Shown in pieces: positions 1-9,781 of a DNA stretch of 64,000 bases. Numbering within the stretch: the first letter of the stretch is position 1; every line of letters starts with the position of its first letter. The position numbers and the translations under genes are program-made. A model generated the notes under the pieces. It did not search any database, had not been told where the DNA came from, and saw nothing but the letters and a program-made list of their open reading frames with translations. This DNA is from Longimicrobiales bacterium (GTDB lineage Bacteria > Gemmatimonadota > Gemmatimonadetes > Longimicrobiales > Gaopeijiaceae): the NCBI GenBank assembly GCA_041690395.1, contig JAWLHJ010000005.1:1-64000 (forward strand), read 5' to 3'.

Positions 1-1
1 G

Positions 2-145
2 GGAGCGACGATCTGCATGGTGACGCACGATCCGCGCTACGCCGAGGTGGCCGACCGGGCCATCCACCTCTTCGACGGCCAGGTCGTCAGCGAGGACGAG
101 GTCCAGAAGCACGCGCTCGAGGAAGCGGGTTTCGACGTGGCGTGA
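2..145 (+). CDS. ABC transporter ATP-binding protein (LolD/MacB-like), 3' end only
   Basis: Frame 2 reads GATICMVTHDPRYAEVADRAIHLFDGQVV...*, an ABC H-loop (VTHD) C-terminus. Confidence 0.85.
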   Translation, partial: GATICMVTHDPRYAEVADRAIHLFDGQVVSEDEVQKHALEEAGFDVA

Positions 146-238
146 CCAGGTCCGCCCCGCTCGGCCGGGGCTGATCCTTTCGGGTCTGCCTCGATCGGGG
201 GATACCAGCGACCCGTGACCTCCCGGTAGTCTCCATGC

Positions 239-586
239 ATGAAGAAGACACCGGACGCCGGGAGGTCGGAGGCCCCCTTACCGCCGGCCCCCTCGCCAGC
301 GGCGCTGTGGGCCTACGCCTATCAGATCGATCCGCCGCAGGCCGCGGCCGGGATGGCGCTGATCCGTGCGCTTCTCGACGAGGAGAACGGAGAGGCCAGG
401 CGCGGCGTCCGGAAATGGAGTGCACGGCTCGTCGTCGAGCCGCAGGTTACCCACGTGCTGATCGTGAGCGACAGCCCCGAGCTCTCGCATGAAGCCAACC
501 GCAGGCTCGAAGCCGAGCTGAAGGCGTCGGGCGTCGGGTTCTCGGTGACCGTGCCGATGCTGGTCGGAGGGCCCCTTCGCCCCTGA
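239..586 (+). CDS. Hypothetical protein
   Basis: 115-aa globular-looking ORF with TAGTCT 6 nt upstream of the ATG. Confidence 0.65.
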   Translation: MKKTPDAGRSEAPLPPAPSPAALWAYAYQIDPPQAAAGMALIRALLDEENGEARRGVRKWSARLVVEPQVTHVLIVSDSPELSHEANRRLEAELKASGVGFSVTVPMLVGGPLRP

Positions 587-597
587 CCGCCATACGA

Positions 598-1704
598 GTG
601 CTGGTTCGCCGGGAGGACGACGTTCTGGTTCTGGCGTTGGCCGGCGACTGGGAGCTGCCGCATGCGCCCCCCCGATTCGGCCCACTCGTGCCGCGGCCGG
701 AGGCGGCCCCGGTGCGCGTCATCGACTTCGACGTCACCGCGCTCGGCCGCTGGGACAGCAGCATCCTCACCTTCCTGAGACAGGCCGAGCACTACTGCGA
801 GGCGCACGACGTGGAGTTCAGGGAGGGCAACCTTCCGGGGGCGGTCACCCGCCTCCTCGCGCTCGCCCGGGCGGTTCCGGAGCAAGAGGTCGACGGAACG
901 GTGGAGGCCACGTCCTTCGCTTCCCGGTTGGGCAGGCGGGGCGTCGCGACCCTGGACGCCGTGATGGCCTCGATCACGTTCGCGGGCGAGGTCGCCCAGA
1001 GTATCGGCCGGCTGGCCCGCTTCCGGGTGCGTCTGCGATGGCGCGACTTCTGGAACGTGGTCCAGTCGAACAGCTCGGGAGCCCTCCCGATCGTCACCCT
1101 CATCGCCTTCCTGGTCGGCGTGATCATCGCCTTCCTGGGCGCCGTGGTCCTGCGCCGGTTCGGTGCCGACTACTACGTCTCGTATCTGGTGGGCTACGGG
1201 ATGCTGAGGGAGATGGCCGCCCTGATGACGGGTATCATCATGGCAGGACGGACGGGGGCCGGCTTCGCGGCCGAGCTCGGCAGCATGAAGATCACGGAGG
1301 AGATCGACGCCTTCCGGACGCTCGGCATCTCGCCCATCGACCATCTCGTGCTGCCCCGAGTGCTGGGCCTCTTCGTGACGATGCCGCTCCTCACGCTGTA
1401 CGCGGCCTTCGTGGGCATCCTCGGAGGGCTGCTCGTCTCGATCTCCATGCTGGACGTCACCTCCACGCAGTTCGTGGGCGGCCTGCTGTCGGCGGTGACG
1501 CTTTCGGACGGGCTCCTCGGCCTCTTCAAGGGAACGGTGTTCGGGCTGATCATCGGCCTCGCCGGATGCATGAAGGGGCTGGGGGCCGGGAGCGACGCGG
1601 GCGCGGTCGGCAGGGCGGCGACGGCCGCGGTGGTGCTCGGCATCACGCTGATCATCGGAGCCAACGCGCTGATCGACTGGCTCGCCGTCCTCCTGGACGT
1701 CTGA
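598..1704 (+). CDS. mlaE: MlaE-family ABC permease with N-terminal STAS-like domain
   Basis: REMAALMTGIIMAGRTGAGFAAELGSMKITEEIDA motif and multiple TM helices. Confidence 0.9.
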   Translation: MLVRREDDVLVLALAGDWELPHAPPRFGPLVPRPEAAPVRVIDFDVTALGRWDSSILTFLRQAEHYCEAHDVEFREGNLPGAVTRLLALARAVPEQEVDGTVEATSFASRLGRRGVATLDAVMASITFAGEVAQSIGRLARFRVRLRWRDFWNVVQSNSSGALPIVTLIAFLVGVIIAFLGAVVLRRFGADYYVSYLVGYGMLREMAALMTGIIMAGRTGAGFAAELGSMKITEEIDAFRTLGISPIDHLVLPRVLGLFVTMPLLTLYAAFVGILGGLLVSISMLDVTSTQFVGGLLSAVTLSDGLLGLFKGTVFGLIIGLAGCMKGLGAGSDAGAVGRAATAAVVLGITLIIGANALIDWLAVLLDV

Positions 1705-2507
1705 TGGCGATCCCGGACGACGCCGGAGCGGTTCCGCTCGAGGTGCGAGGGCTCACCATGAGCTACGGACCGCACGTCGTCATGCGGAATCTCGACTTCA
1801 GCGTCCGCAGAGGCGAGATCCTGGTGATCATGGGTGGCAGTGGAAGCGGCAAGAGCACGCTCCTCAAGCACCTGTACGGGCTGGAGAGGCCGGCGGAGGG
1901 CTCCATCCTCTTCGGCGGGCGGGACTTCGCGGAGGCGGACGAAGGGGCCCGCCATGACATCCTCCGGGGCGTCGGTGTGCTCTATCAGAACGGCGCGCTG
2001 TGGAGCGGCCTGACCCTGACCGAGAACGTCGCCCTCCCTCTCGAGGAGTACACGGCGCTGGGCCCGGAAGAGATCGGGGAGATCGTCGAGCTGAAGCTCG
2101 CCCTCGTCGGTCTCCGGGGTTTCGGGTCGTTCTACCCGGCCCAGATCAGCGGGGGAATGCGCAAGCGCGCGGCCCTCGCACGGGCCACGGCCATGGACCC
2201 GGACATCCTCTTCTTCGACGAGCCTTCCTCGGGCCTCGATCCCATCACGGCGAGCCGTCTCGACGACCTCATCCTGCAGCTCCGGGACAGCTTCGGGACC
2301 ACGATCGTCGTCGTGAGCCACGACCTCGCCAGCATCTTCAAGATCGCGGACCGCGCGCTCTTCCTGGACATCAAGGAGAAGACCATGACCGCGATCGGGA
2401 GCCCCGCGGAGCTGCGAAAGAATCCGCCCAGCGAGGAAGTTCGTCGCTTCCTGACACGCAACAGCCCCCTCGGGGCGACGCAGCCGTCGGCGAGGGACCC
2501 GTCATGA
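1704..2507 (+). CDS. mlaF: MlaF-family ABC ATPase
   Basis: GGSGSGKS Walker A, ISGGM signature, FFDEPSSGLDP; ATG overlaps the mlaE stop. Confidence 0.9.
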   Translation: MAIPDDAGAVPLEVRGLTMSYGPHVVMRNLDFSVRRGEILVIMGGSGSGKSTLLKHLYGLERPAEGSILFGGRDFAEADEGARHDILRGVGVLYQNGALWSGLTLTENVALPLEEYTALGPEEIGEIVELKLALVGLRGFGSFYPAQISGGMRKRAALARATAMDPDILFFDEPSSGLDPITASRLDDLILQLRDSFGTTIVVVSHDLASIFKIADRALFLDIKEKTMTAIGSPAELRKNPPSEEVRRFLTRNSPLGATQPSARDPS

Positions 2508-3490
2508 GCAGGCGCGCCAATCCGACCGCCATCGGCCTCTTCATGGTCGGGGCCATCGTGCTGACGACCGTGGGCGTAGCGGCCCTGGCGTCGACGGCAT
2601 GGTTCGGAGACCAGCACACCTTCATGAGCTACTTCGACGAGTCCGTGAACGGGCTCGAGCGGGGAGCGCCGGTGAAGTTCCAGGGGGTGCCGGTGGGCAC
2701 CGTGACGGAGCTCCTCATCGAGATCCACGAGGCCGACAAGACGTTCCGCGTGCCCGTGGAATACGAGATCGACCTGAAGCGCCTCACCACGGGGATCGGC
2801 ACATCGCTGAACCTGAACGAGGAAGACGTCCTGCGCATGCAGATCGCCGACGGGCTCCGGGCACAGCTCCAGATGGAGAGCATCGTCACGGGCCAGCTCT
2901 ACATCGAGATCAGCTACAGCGCCGACGCGAATCCGGCCCGGCTGTCCGCCGGGCCGACAGCGCACCCGGAGATTCCGACGTCGCCGTCGCTTCTCGCCGC
3001 GTTCGGCACCGAGGCGGGGAGCCTGGTAGCCGACGTGCTGCAGATCCTCTTCCGGGTGAACGAGATGCTCGAGGAAGTCGACATGGTGGGGATCAACACC
3101 GCGGTCGTAGCCTCGGCCCAGGCGGTGGAGCGCCTCGTCGGATCGGACGAGTTACGAACCGCGATCGGAGAGGTTCCGGAGCTCGCCGCTCAGTTCAGCC
3201 GCACCCTGACGGAGATGGAGGACCTCGCCGAGCGGATCGGCGAGGCGGTGGGACCGTTGCAGTCCGGCATGGAAGGCACCATGGCCGAGACCGACCGGAC
3301 CCTCCAGGCGGCCCGGGAGGCGATCGAAGAGGCACGCGGCCTCATCACGACCGACGCTGGCCTCGGGTACGGCCTGGACCAGACGCTCCTCAGCCTGCGG
3401 GAGGCCGCGGAGGCGCTGCGCGTCCTCGTGCTCACGCTCGAGCGGAACCCTGACATGCTGATCCGCGGGCCGCGCCCGCCTGGGAACTGA
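2504..3490 (+). CDS. mlaD: MlaD/MCE-domain protein
   Basis: N-terminal TM helix, SVNGLERGAPVKFQGVPVGTV MCE motif, coiled coil. Confidence 0.9.
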   Translation: MSRRANPTAIGLFMVGAIVLTTVGVAALASTAWFGDQHTFMSYFDESVNGLERGAPVKFQGVPVGTVTELLIEIHEADKTFRVPVEYEIDLKRLTTGIGTSLNLNEEDVLRMQIADGLRAQLQMESIVTGQLYIEISYSADANPARLSAGPTAHPEIPTSPSLLAAFGTEAGSLVADVLQILFRVNEMLEEVDMVGINTAVVASAQAVERLVGSDELRTAIGEVPELAAQFSRTLTEMEDLAERIGEAVGPLQSGMEGTMAETDRTLQAAREAIEEARGLITTDAGLGYGLDQTLLSLREAAEALRVLVLTLERNPDMLIRGPRPPGN

Positions 3491-4152
3491 TGATGACGGA
3501 TTGCCCGAGAACGACCCGCTTCCTGTTGCTATGCACGCTCCTCGCCCTGGGCGGCTGCTTCAGCCTGGCCCGGGCTCCCAGCCCGCCACGGCACTACGTG
3601 CTGGGCGGAGGCGCGGGTGGAGCGGCGTCTGCGTCAGCTTCGGCGGTGGCGCCATCCCGGACTTCGGTCGGGCTACGACCGCCTCGTCTCGCGGAGTACC
3701 TGGCCACCCCCTTCATCGTGGTGCGGCGTGACGTTCACCAGGTCGGGTTCTCCGAGTTCGACCGGTGGGGCGAGGACGTGGTCCACGGCATCGGCCGCGC
3801 CGTGGCCCGGAGCATGACGGCACGGGCGCCGTCGCTGCGCGTCGAGACCACGCCATGGGCGACCACGGCGCAACCCGAGTACGTGATCGAGATCGACTTC
3901 CTGCGCTTCGAGGGCGTGGCCCCCTCGGACCCGTTGGCCGTGGGCGGAGAGGCACATGTTCTGGCTACGTGGGAGATCACCCGCCGGGCAGACGGATCGC
4001 TATTGGCCAGCGGGACCACCGAGGTCCGCGAGCCGGGTTGGACCGTGGGAGACTTCCACGGCCTGGTGGGGCTGCTCGACGCGGCGCTCGGGACGTTGGC
4101 GGCCGATCTGGTCCTCGGGCTGAACGCGACACTGGCCGATCCGCCGCCCTGA
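3490..4152 (+). CDS. PqiC-family ABC auxiliary lipoprotein
   Basis: Lipobox-like LGGC, 'LAEYL' and 'FDRWGE' motifs, operon position. Confidence 0.8.
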   Translation: MMTDCPRTTRFLLLCTLLALGGCFSLARAPSPPRHYVLGGGAGGAASASASAVAPSRTSVGLRPPRLAEYLATPFIVVRRDVHQVGFSEFDRWGEDVVHGIGRAVARSMTARAPSLRVETTPWATTAQPEYVIEIDFLRFEGVAPSDPLAVGGEAHVLATWEITRRADGSLLASGTTEVREPGWTVGDFHGLVGLLDAALGTLAADLVLGLNATLADPPP

Positions 4153-4263
4153 GCTATGCCCGAGGCGTGACCGGGGGGACGGCTTGGCCCGGCTGCCCGC
4201 GAGGGAATACCTTGAGCGCTCCCCGCTCCACCCCTGCCATCGCTTCCGGGCCGACCGCATCGC

Positions 4264-4917
4264 ATGATTTCGCTCGCGATCATCGAGGACAACCGACTCC
4301 TGCGGGAAGGGCTTTCCGACATCCTCGGTGAGCATCCCGATTTCGCCGTGGGACACGTCGCTCCCGTAGTCGACCTCGATCATCTCCGCAGGGCGGATCC
4401 CCGAGTGATCCTCCTGGACGTGGGCCTGGAATCGGATGACAGCCTGGGGCTCGTGGAGCGCCTACGGGCCGAGCTGCCCGATGCGCGGGTCATCGTGATG
4501 GACCTGGTCCCCGCGCATGAAGATCTGGCGCAGTTCGTCAATGCCGGAGTGGCAGGATTCATTCTCAAGGACGCGACCCTCGAGGACTTCCTCGGTACCA
4601 TCCGGTCCGTCGCCGAGGGTGAGAAGGTCCTTCCCCCCGAGATGACCTCGAGCCTGTTCTCGCAGATCGCGGAGGCCGCGGTACGTCGCAGCCACACGTC
4701 GAACAAGGAAGCGACCGGGCTCACGCGGCGGGAGCGGGAAGTCGTCGAGATGATCGGAGACGGGCTGAGCAACAAGGCCATCGCGAAGGGCATCGGGATC
4801 TCGCCCCACACCGTGAAGAGCCACGTCCGCAACATCATGGACAAGCTGGCCCTGCACACCCGTCTCGAGATCGCGGCCTTTCTCCGCGACGCGGAAAACG
4901 AGGACGTCGGCGGTTGA
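4264..4917 (+). CDS. NarL/LuxR-family response regulator
   Basis: REC domain plus LTRREREV...GLSNKAIA...TVKSHV HTH. Confidence 0.92.
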   Translation: MISLAIIEDNRLLREGLSDILGEHPDFAVGHVAPVVDLDHLRRADPRVILLDVGLESDDSLGLVERLRAELPDARVIVMDLVPAHEDLAQFVNAGVAGFILKDATLEDFLGTIRSVAEGEKVLPPEMTSSLFSQIAEAAVRRSHTSNKEATGLTRREREVVEMIGDGLSNKAIAKGIGISPHTVKSHVRNIMDKLALHTRLEIAAFLRDAENEDVGG

Positions 4918-4944
4918 TCGACGGCTGAAGGGCGCCGGCGTGAC

Positions 4945-5361
4945 TCAGTCGCCCTTTTCCAGCTTGGGCCACTCTCCGGGCACGTTGTAGGCGCGCGCCA
5001 CGGCCTCCGGGTCCGCCTGGTTGCGCCGCTCCGACATCAGGAACGTGTAGTAGCCGCAGTTCGGCCCTTCCGGGAACCCTCGGCACACCGCAGGCCGGAC
5101 CTCGTGGACCGTGCACAGCCGCGTCTCCAGGTCCAGGAACTGGCAGGCCGAGCCGAAGAGCTCGTCCTTCTGATGCTTCAGGACCCGCTCCCGGCTGGTC
5201 CAGCCCGGTTTGGTGAAACGCTTCCATGCTTCTTCGGGGGTGATCCCGAAGTGCTTCGCCAGACGCTTCGCGTCCCGCTTCGTCACCGCGATCCGCGGGT
5301 ACGTGCAGCAGTGTGCCGGGCAGTTCAGGCAGTTGTAGAAGACCGGCAACGCGGTGTCCAT
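4945..5361 (-). CDS. YkgJ-family Cys-cluster (Zn/Fe) protein
   Basis: CLNCPAHCC, CQFLD, CTVHEVRPAVCRGFP. Confidence 0.85.
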   Translation of the reverse strand: MDTALPVFYNCLNCPAHCCTYPRIAVTKRDAKRLAKHFGITPEEAWKRFTKPGWTSRERVLKHQKDELFGSACQFLDLETRLCTVHEVRPAVCRGFPEGPNCGYYTFLMSERRNQADPEAVARAYNVPGEWPKLEKGD

Positions 5362-5380
5362 CAGCGTGCGGGGCGGCCCG

Positions 5381-6520
5381 CTACAACTCCTCGATCTTCT
5401 CGAAGACGTGAACGCCCCGGGCGTCGAGGTGGTCGCGCACGCTCCGGTAGCAGGCCTCGTTCCGGCCCACGATCTCGGGCGTCGCCAACCCCGGCTCGCT
5501 CCAGAGCCCACGCGCCACGAGTCGCACCATGGCGGTGCACGTGTAGCCCGTGGTGCGCGCCATCGAGGACGTCTCGGTGTCGGGGTTGTAGTAGTCCAGG
5601 AGGTTGAAGGTGTGGCGCACCTCGCGCCCGTCCTTCACGCCTTCCACGACGATGCGCATCACGGTGAGGTCCGGTTCTCCCTCCTCGAACTGCCAGGCGC
5701 TGAACAGGAGGGCCTCGGTCACGTCACGTGGCCGTACGGTTCCCGAGGCCGCCTGTATCTCCCGGCTCGAGAAGAACCCCGCCTCGCGGAGCATTCGCAT
5801 GCGCTCCGCGTGCCCGGGATAACGCATGGTCTTCTCGACCATGTTCGGCGTGGTGGAGGTGTGGAGGAGCGAGCGCAGCCCGTCGGTGTTGAACGCCTCG
5901 AGCGTGCCGAGCCCCGGGAAGTTCACCAGCTCCGTATCCGAAAGGGCCGGGAGTGTGAGATCCCGACCTTCCCGGCGGAGTCGAGCGGGCCGCATGTACT
6001 CCTCGATCACGTCGCCGGGCGAGAACGGGGCCTTGTAGTCCCACGGCCAGGTCCGCTCGACGGGGAGCCCGCCCACATAGGCCTGGAACGAGCGCGTCTC
6101 GTCGAGCTCCGCCTCCATGTGCCCCAGGACCAGGTTCGTGAATCCCGGCGCGATGCCGCAGTCGACCAGGCAGGGAACGTTGGCCTTCGTCGCCAGGGAC
6201 TCGAGCCCTCGAGCATCCTCCGGGAAGAACGAGATGTCGACCACCGGGCGGCCTTCCTCGAGCACCCTCTCGACGGTCTGGTATCCCATGAACCCCGGCA
6301 CCGCGCCCACGACCAGGTCGGCTTCCGTCGCGCCGACGGCCCGGGCCACCGCGTCCGGGCGCGACAGGTCCGCCACGATCCCGTCCGCTCCGTATTCCGT
6401 GAGGTCGTCGACGGCGACAGGGTCCACGTCCACCACCACGACGGAGAAGTCGTCCTCCGCCGCGAGGTCACGGACGATGGCATGCCCCACCCGTCCACCT
6501 CCAAGCACTACGATCTTCAG
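5381..6520 (-). CDS. Saccharopine dehydrogenase / lysine 6-dehydrogenase family protein
   Basis: KIVVLGGGRVG Rossmann motif, DCGIAPG, EKTMRYPGH, MARTTG; probable CTG start after GGAGG. Confidence 0.9.
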   Translation of the reverse strand: MKIVVLGGGRVGHAIVRDLAAEDDFSVVVVDVDPVAVDDLTEYGADGIVADLSRPDAVARAVGATEADLVVGAVPGFMGYQTVERVLEEGRPVVDISFFPEDARGLESLATKANVPCLVDCGIAPGFTNLVLGHMEAELDETRSFQAYVGGLPVERTWPWDYKAPFSPGDVIEEYMRPARLRREGRDLTLPALSDTELVNFPGLGTLEAFNTDGLRSLLHTSTTPNMVEKTMRYPGHAERMRMLREAGFFSSREIQAASGTVRPRDVTEALLFSAWQFEEGEPDLTVMRIVVEGVKDGREVRHTFNLLDYYNPDTETSSMARTTGYTCTAMVRLVARGLWSEPGLATPEIVGRNEACYRSVRDHLDARGVHVFEKIEEL

Positions 6521-6645
6521 GGTACACCTCCACCTGGGTCGTCACGGAACAGCTGCGTCCGAGAGAGGAATCAGCGCAGAAGCCCGTTCGTGTGCAAGGG
6601 GGACCGGGTTCGACGTCGTATGAGGTGAAGCGCGTCCCGGCGGGC

Positions 6646-6673
6646 TGAACCGTACGTCCCCGGTCCGGGGTAT
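6646..6673 (+). promoter_or_regulatory. Putative ECF-type autoregulatory promoter (TGAACC...GTAT)
   Basis: GAACC-N18-GTA directly upstream of an ECF sigma gene. Confidence 0.4.
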
Positions 6674-6706
6674 GTGGAAGTCCGCACCGAGCACGGAGTC
6701 GACTCC

Positions 6707-7216
6707 TTGGCGACCGATTGGAACGAGATCTATCGGAGCACCTTTCCCGACCTCGTCCGGTTCCTGCACCGGAAGGTCTGGGACGACGAGCGTGCTCGGG
6801 ATCTGGCTCAGGAGGCCTTCGTCCGGGCGCTCCGGCACGAGCCGAGACGACCGCGCGCCTGGCTCTTCCAGGTGGCGGCCAATCTGGCCCGGGACGAGGC
6901 GCGCATGGTGCTCCGTCGGAAGAAGCATCTGGCCCTGCTCAAGAGCGAGCGTGAGCTCGAGGAGCAGGCGGGCTCCGACCCCGCGGAGGCGTTGCAGGAG
7001 CAGGAGCGGATGCAGCACGTGAAGGATGCGCTCGAGTCCCTCTCGGAACGGGACCGGGACGTCCTGCTCCTGTGGGATGCGGGGCAGAGCTATACGGAGA
7101 TCGCGGAGCAGACCGGACTGGCGATCGGGGCGATAGGAACGACCCTGTCGAGAGCCCGGAAACGGCTCGTTGACGCATATCGTGAGAAGGAGGAGGCGGA
7201 TGTCGCACGTCGATGA
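6707..7216 (+). CDS. ECF RNA polymerase sigma factor
   Basis: DLAQEAF, AWLFQVAAN, region 4 SYTEIAE...IGTTLSRAR; TTG start after GGAG (alternative GTG at 6674). Confidence 0.92.
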   Translation: MATDWNEIYRSTFPDLVRFLHRKVWDDERARDLAQEAFVRALRHEPRRPRAWLFQVAANLARDEARMVLRRKKHLALLKSERELEEQAGSDPAEALQEQERMQHVKDALESLSERDRDVLLLWDAGQSYTEIAEQTGLAIGAIGTTLSRARKRLVDAYREKEEADVARR

Positions 7217-8537
7217 GGGCGCGCTGCACGCCTACCTGGATGGCGCGCTGGAAGAGTATCCGGCCGGCGAGGCGAGAAGGATTCGTGCGCACCTCGAGCG
7301 CTGCGAGCGCTGCGCCGAGGCGCTGAGGGAAGCTCGTCTCATCCGGGACCGGGCGGAGTCCGTTCTCGCCGTGCCGGCGCTGAACGTGACGCCGCCGCCG
7401 CTGGAAGAGCTCAAGCGCATCGCGACGTCCGGAGCCGCGGAGACGCGCGCGTCGAGGAGCTGGGGACGAAGGCAGCGTCTCGGATGGGCCGCGTCCGTCG
7501 TCCTTGCGCTGGGCATCGGGTGGATCGTCCGTGGGGGGATGCCGCTGCCGACCGTCCGCCCGGACCGGGCCGCGTCGACCGACGCGTCGCCGCGCGCGGA
7601 AGCGGCAGAAGCGGCCGAAACGCCGGCTCAGGTGGGCGAAGTGCCGGCTCGGGTGGGCGAAGACGTCGGAGGTGCGACCGCCGCTCTCGCGGAGGCTCGT
7701 TCGCCGGGCTCGGGCGATGCCGGCACGCCTCCCTCCATCGGTCGGCTCTCGCAGAACGCCGCCGAGGCCCTGGAGGTGCCCGCAGAGACGGTCGTCGCCG
7801 AAGCGCTCGAGCGGAGCGTGCCGGAGGAGCGGGCGGTCGTGGCCGAAGCGCGGCCCGCCGACGCGCCGCCAGCGGAAGTGGCGGCGCCCGAGCCGGCCGC
7901 CCCCCCGGCGCTTCAGGACGTCGACGTGACGTCCGTCGAGACGCGTCAGGCGCCCCGTATCGACGACGTGCTCGATGTCCCGACCGCGCCGAGCCCCACC
8001 GCGGAGCTGCCCGCCGAATCCACCGAAGTGGCGATGGCGAGGGAGGCCGCGGATACCATGCGCGCACCGGGCGTCGAAGAGCCGGAGGTAGAAGTGGCCG
8101 GCGCCGCGGAGCGGGAAGCCGCCACGCGCTCCGAGGCCGCCCGCCTCTCGTTGGCGTCGAGGTCGGCCGCGGCGGGAACGGCACTGGCGCGGGGGGTCGA
8201 GCGAGGCTCTGCCGGGGACGGGGTTCGGGACGACGAGGTGTCGGAGCCCGGGTCGCTGGTGGTTCCGGGGCTGGAAGTCCTTTCGATCGTCTGGCGCGAG
8301 GAGGGCGTGGTGCCGGCGGGCGTGCGCGTGATCCAGCGGCTCGACGAGGGACAGGAGCTCGAGCTGATCCATCTCCCCGCCGGCTTCGACCCGTCGGCCG
8401 TCGTTCCGGCCGAGGCCGGGGTCAACGAGCTCGTGGTGCCTCGTGACCAGGGGTGGCTCATCCTGCGGGCGCCGGTGGAGGAGCCGGAGTTGCGCCTGCT
8501 CCTGGAGCGCATGGACACGCCGAACCCCGACCGGTGA
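7200..8537 (+). CDS. Zinc-finger (zf-HC2) membrane anti-sigma factor
   Basis: AYLDG...HLERCERC, one TM helix, long Ala/Glu/Pro linker; overlaps the sigma gene. Confidence 0.85.
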   Translation: MSHVDEGALHAYLDGALEEYPAGEARRIRAHLERCERCAEALREARLIRDRAESVLAVPALNVTPPPLEELKRIATSGAAETRASRSWGRRQRLGWAASVVLALGIGWIVRGGMPLPTVRPDRAASTDASPRAEAAEAAETPAQVGEVPARVGEDVGGATAALAEARSPGSGDAGTPPSIGRLSQNAAEALEVPAETVVAEALERSVPEERAVVAEARPADAPPAEVAAPEPAAPPALQDVDVTSVETRQAPRIDDVLDVPTAPSPTAELPAESTEVAMAREAADTMRAPGVEEPEVEVAGAAEREAATRSEAARLSLASRSAAAGTALARGVERGSAGDGVRDDEVSEPGSLVVPGLEVLSIVWREEGVVPAGVRVIQRLDEGQELELIHLPAGFDPSAVVPAEAGVNELVVPRDQGWLILRAPVEEPELRLLLERMDTPNPDR

Positions 8538-8626
8538 GCCGTCCTCCGGCGGGGTGAGATGTCCCCCGGTTGTGTCCCCTGGGGAGGACGGCGAGGGATC
8601 CCTCTCCACGATGTGTGTGCAAGCAA

Positions 8627-8660
8627 GAGCGCCCCGGACCGTCGACGGTCCGGGGCGCTC
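8627..8660. terminator. Perfect 34-bp palindrome between convergent genes
   Basis: GAGCGCCCCGGACCGTC|GACGGTCCGGGGCGCTC. Confidence 0.6.
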
Positions 8661-8687
8661 GGCGCATCTATCCAAACGACCGGTGGG

Positions 8688-8972
8688 TCAGTTCATATCA
8701 TCCGACCCGGTCGGATAGTGACGGAACAGGTGGTCGAGGCGCATCGCCTCCAGCACCCTCGCGGTCTGCAAGGGCAGGGCGCGAACCCACACGCTGTCAG
8801 TGGATCCCGCGTTCAGGCGTGCGGTGAGGATGAGCGCCAGATCACATACGTCCGGACGCTCGAGACCAGTGAAATCGAAGACCAGGTGCCCCTCCTCAGG
8901 GGCCCGTTCGGGCTCCGTCTCCTGGGCCTGCATGCGCAACTCTTTTCTGCGCTCGTCTTCGCGTCTCATCAT
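8688..8972 (-). CDS. Small STAS-like protein
   Basis: LVFDFTGLE...ARVLEAMRLDHLF resembles a STAS domain; GGAGG RBS. Confidence 0.65.
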   Translation of the reverse strand: MMRREDERRKELRMQAQETEPERAPEEGHLVFDFTGLERPDVCDLALILTARLNAGSTDSVWVRALPLQTARVLEAMRLDHLFRHYPTGSDDMN

Positions 8973-9024
8973 CGCCTCCCTCGGTGCACGGAATGTTGGA
9001 CCTCGAGGCTGAGCGTTGAATGTA

Positions 9025-9039
9025 TCAAGAGTCGTGCCA
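9025..9039 (-). promoter_or_regulatory. Putative sigma-54 -24/-12 promoter
   Basis: TGGCAC-GACTC-TTGA on the minus strand, about 50 nt upstream of the STAS gene; -12 box is imperfect (GA for GC). Confidence 0.45.
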
Positions 9040-9220
9040 CAGAAAGACGGTGCCTCTCATGTCACTCTGGCACCGTGGGCGAGGCTGGTCCAGCGGGCGT
9101 CCAGGACGGAGATTGATGGTAGCGCCCCGGGTCGGGACACCGGGGCGGCATCGGGTTTGCGTTGCTCGGAGGGCGGCGCTATCTCGAGACACCTCGAACA
9201 CACGATGGAGGCCAGCGACG

Positions 9221-9781
9221 GTGGATCGGATCGGGCGACGCTCGGGCGTCGCGGCGAAGGCTCTGGCGGCGGCTTTGCTGTTGTCGGCGGCGATCCCCGG
9301 GATCGCGGTCGGGCAGGACGAGTCCGCGCGCCAAGCGTACTTCCGGGCCGTCGCCGACTACTTCGAGGTCCCTTCGGCCGAGGTCGCGATCCTCGCGGAC
9401 TGGAGCCTTGCCCCGGACGAGATTCCGGTGGCCCTCTTCCTGGCCAGACGCACCGGCATCTCGCCGGAGGCGCTGGTCGCGCTCCGTAACTCCGGGAGGG
9501 GCTGGGTCGAGCTTGCCAGTCGCTACGAAGTGGGGGCCGCGCAGTTTCACGTCCCCCTCGCGCGGCCGCCCATGAGCGGCCTGCTGTCGTCGGCCTACGA
9601 GCAGTACGGAACGCGTCCGGTCGGTGACTGGAATCAGATCGGCCTGACAGACGAGGAGATCGTGACGCTGGTGAACGTCAGGGTCCTGAGCTCGGCGCTC
9701 GGGATGCGGCCGGACGAAGTGCTCGCACGGCGAAGTAGTGTGAGGAGCTTCGTGGAGCTGTACGCGGGAGTGATCGGTTGA
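9221..9781 (+). CDS. Exported hypothetical protein
   Basis: GTG after GGAGG; signal peptide [18 protein letters not shown]. Confidence 0.7.
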   Translation: MDRIGRRSGVAAKALAAALLLSAAIPGIAVGQDESARQAYFRAVADYFEVPSAEVAILADWSLAPDEIPVALFLARRTGISPEALVALRNSGRGWVELASRYEVGAAQFHVPLARPPMSGLLSSAYEQYGTRPVGDWNQIGLTDEEIVTLVNVRVLSSALGMRPDEVLARRSSVRSFVELYAGVIG

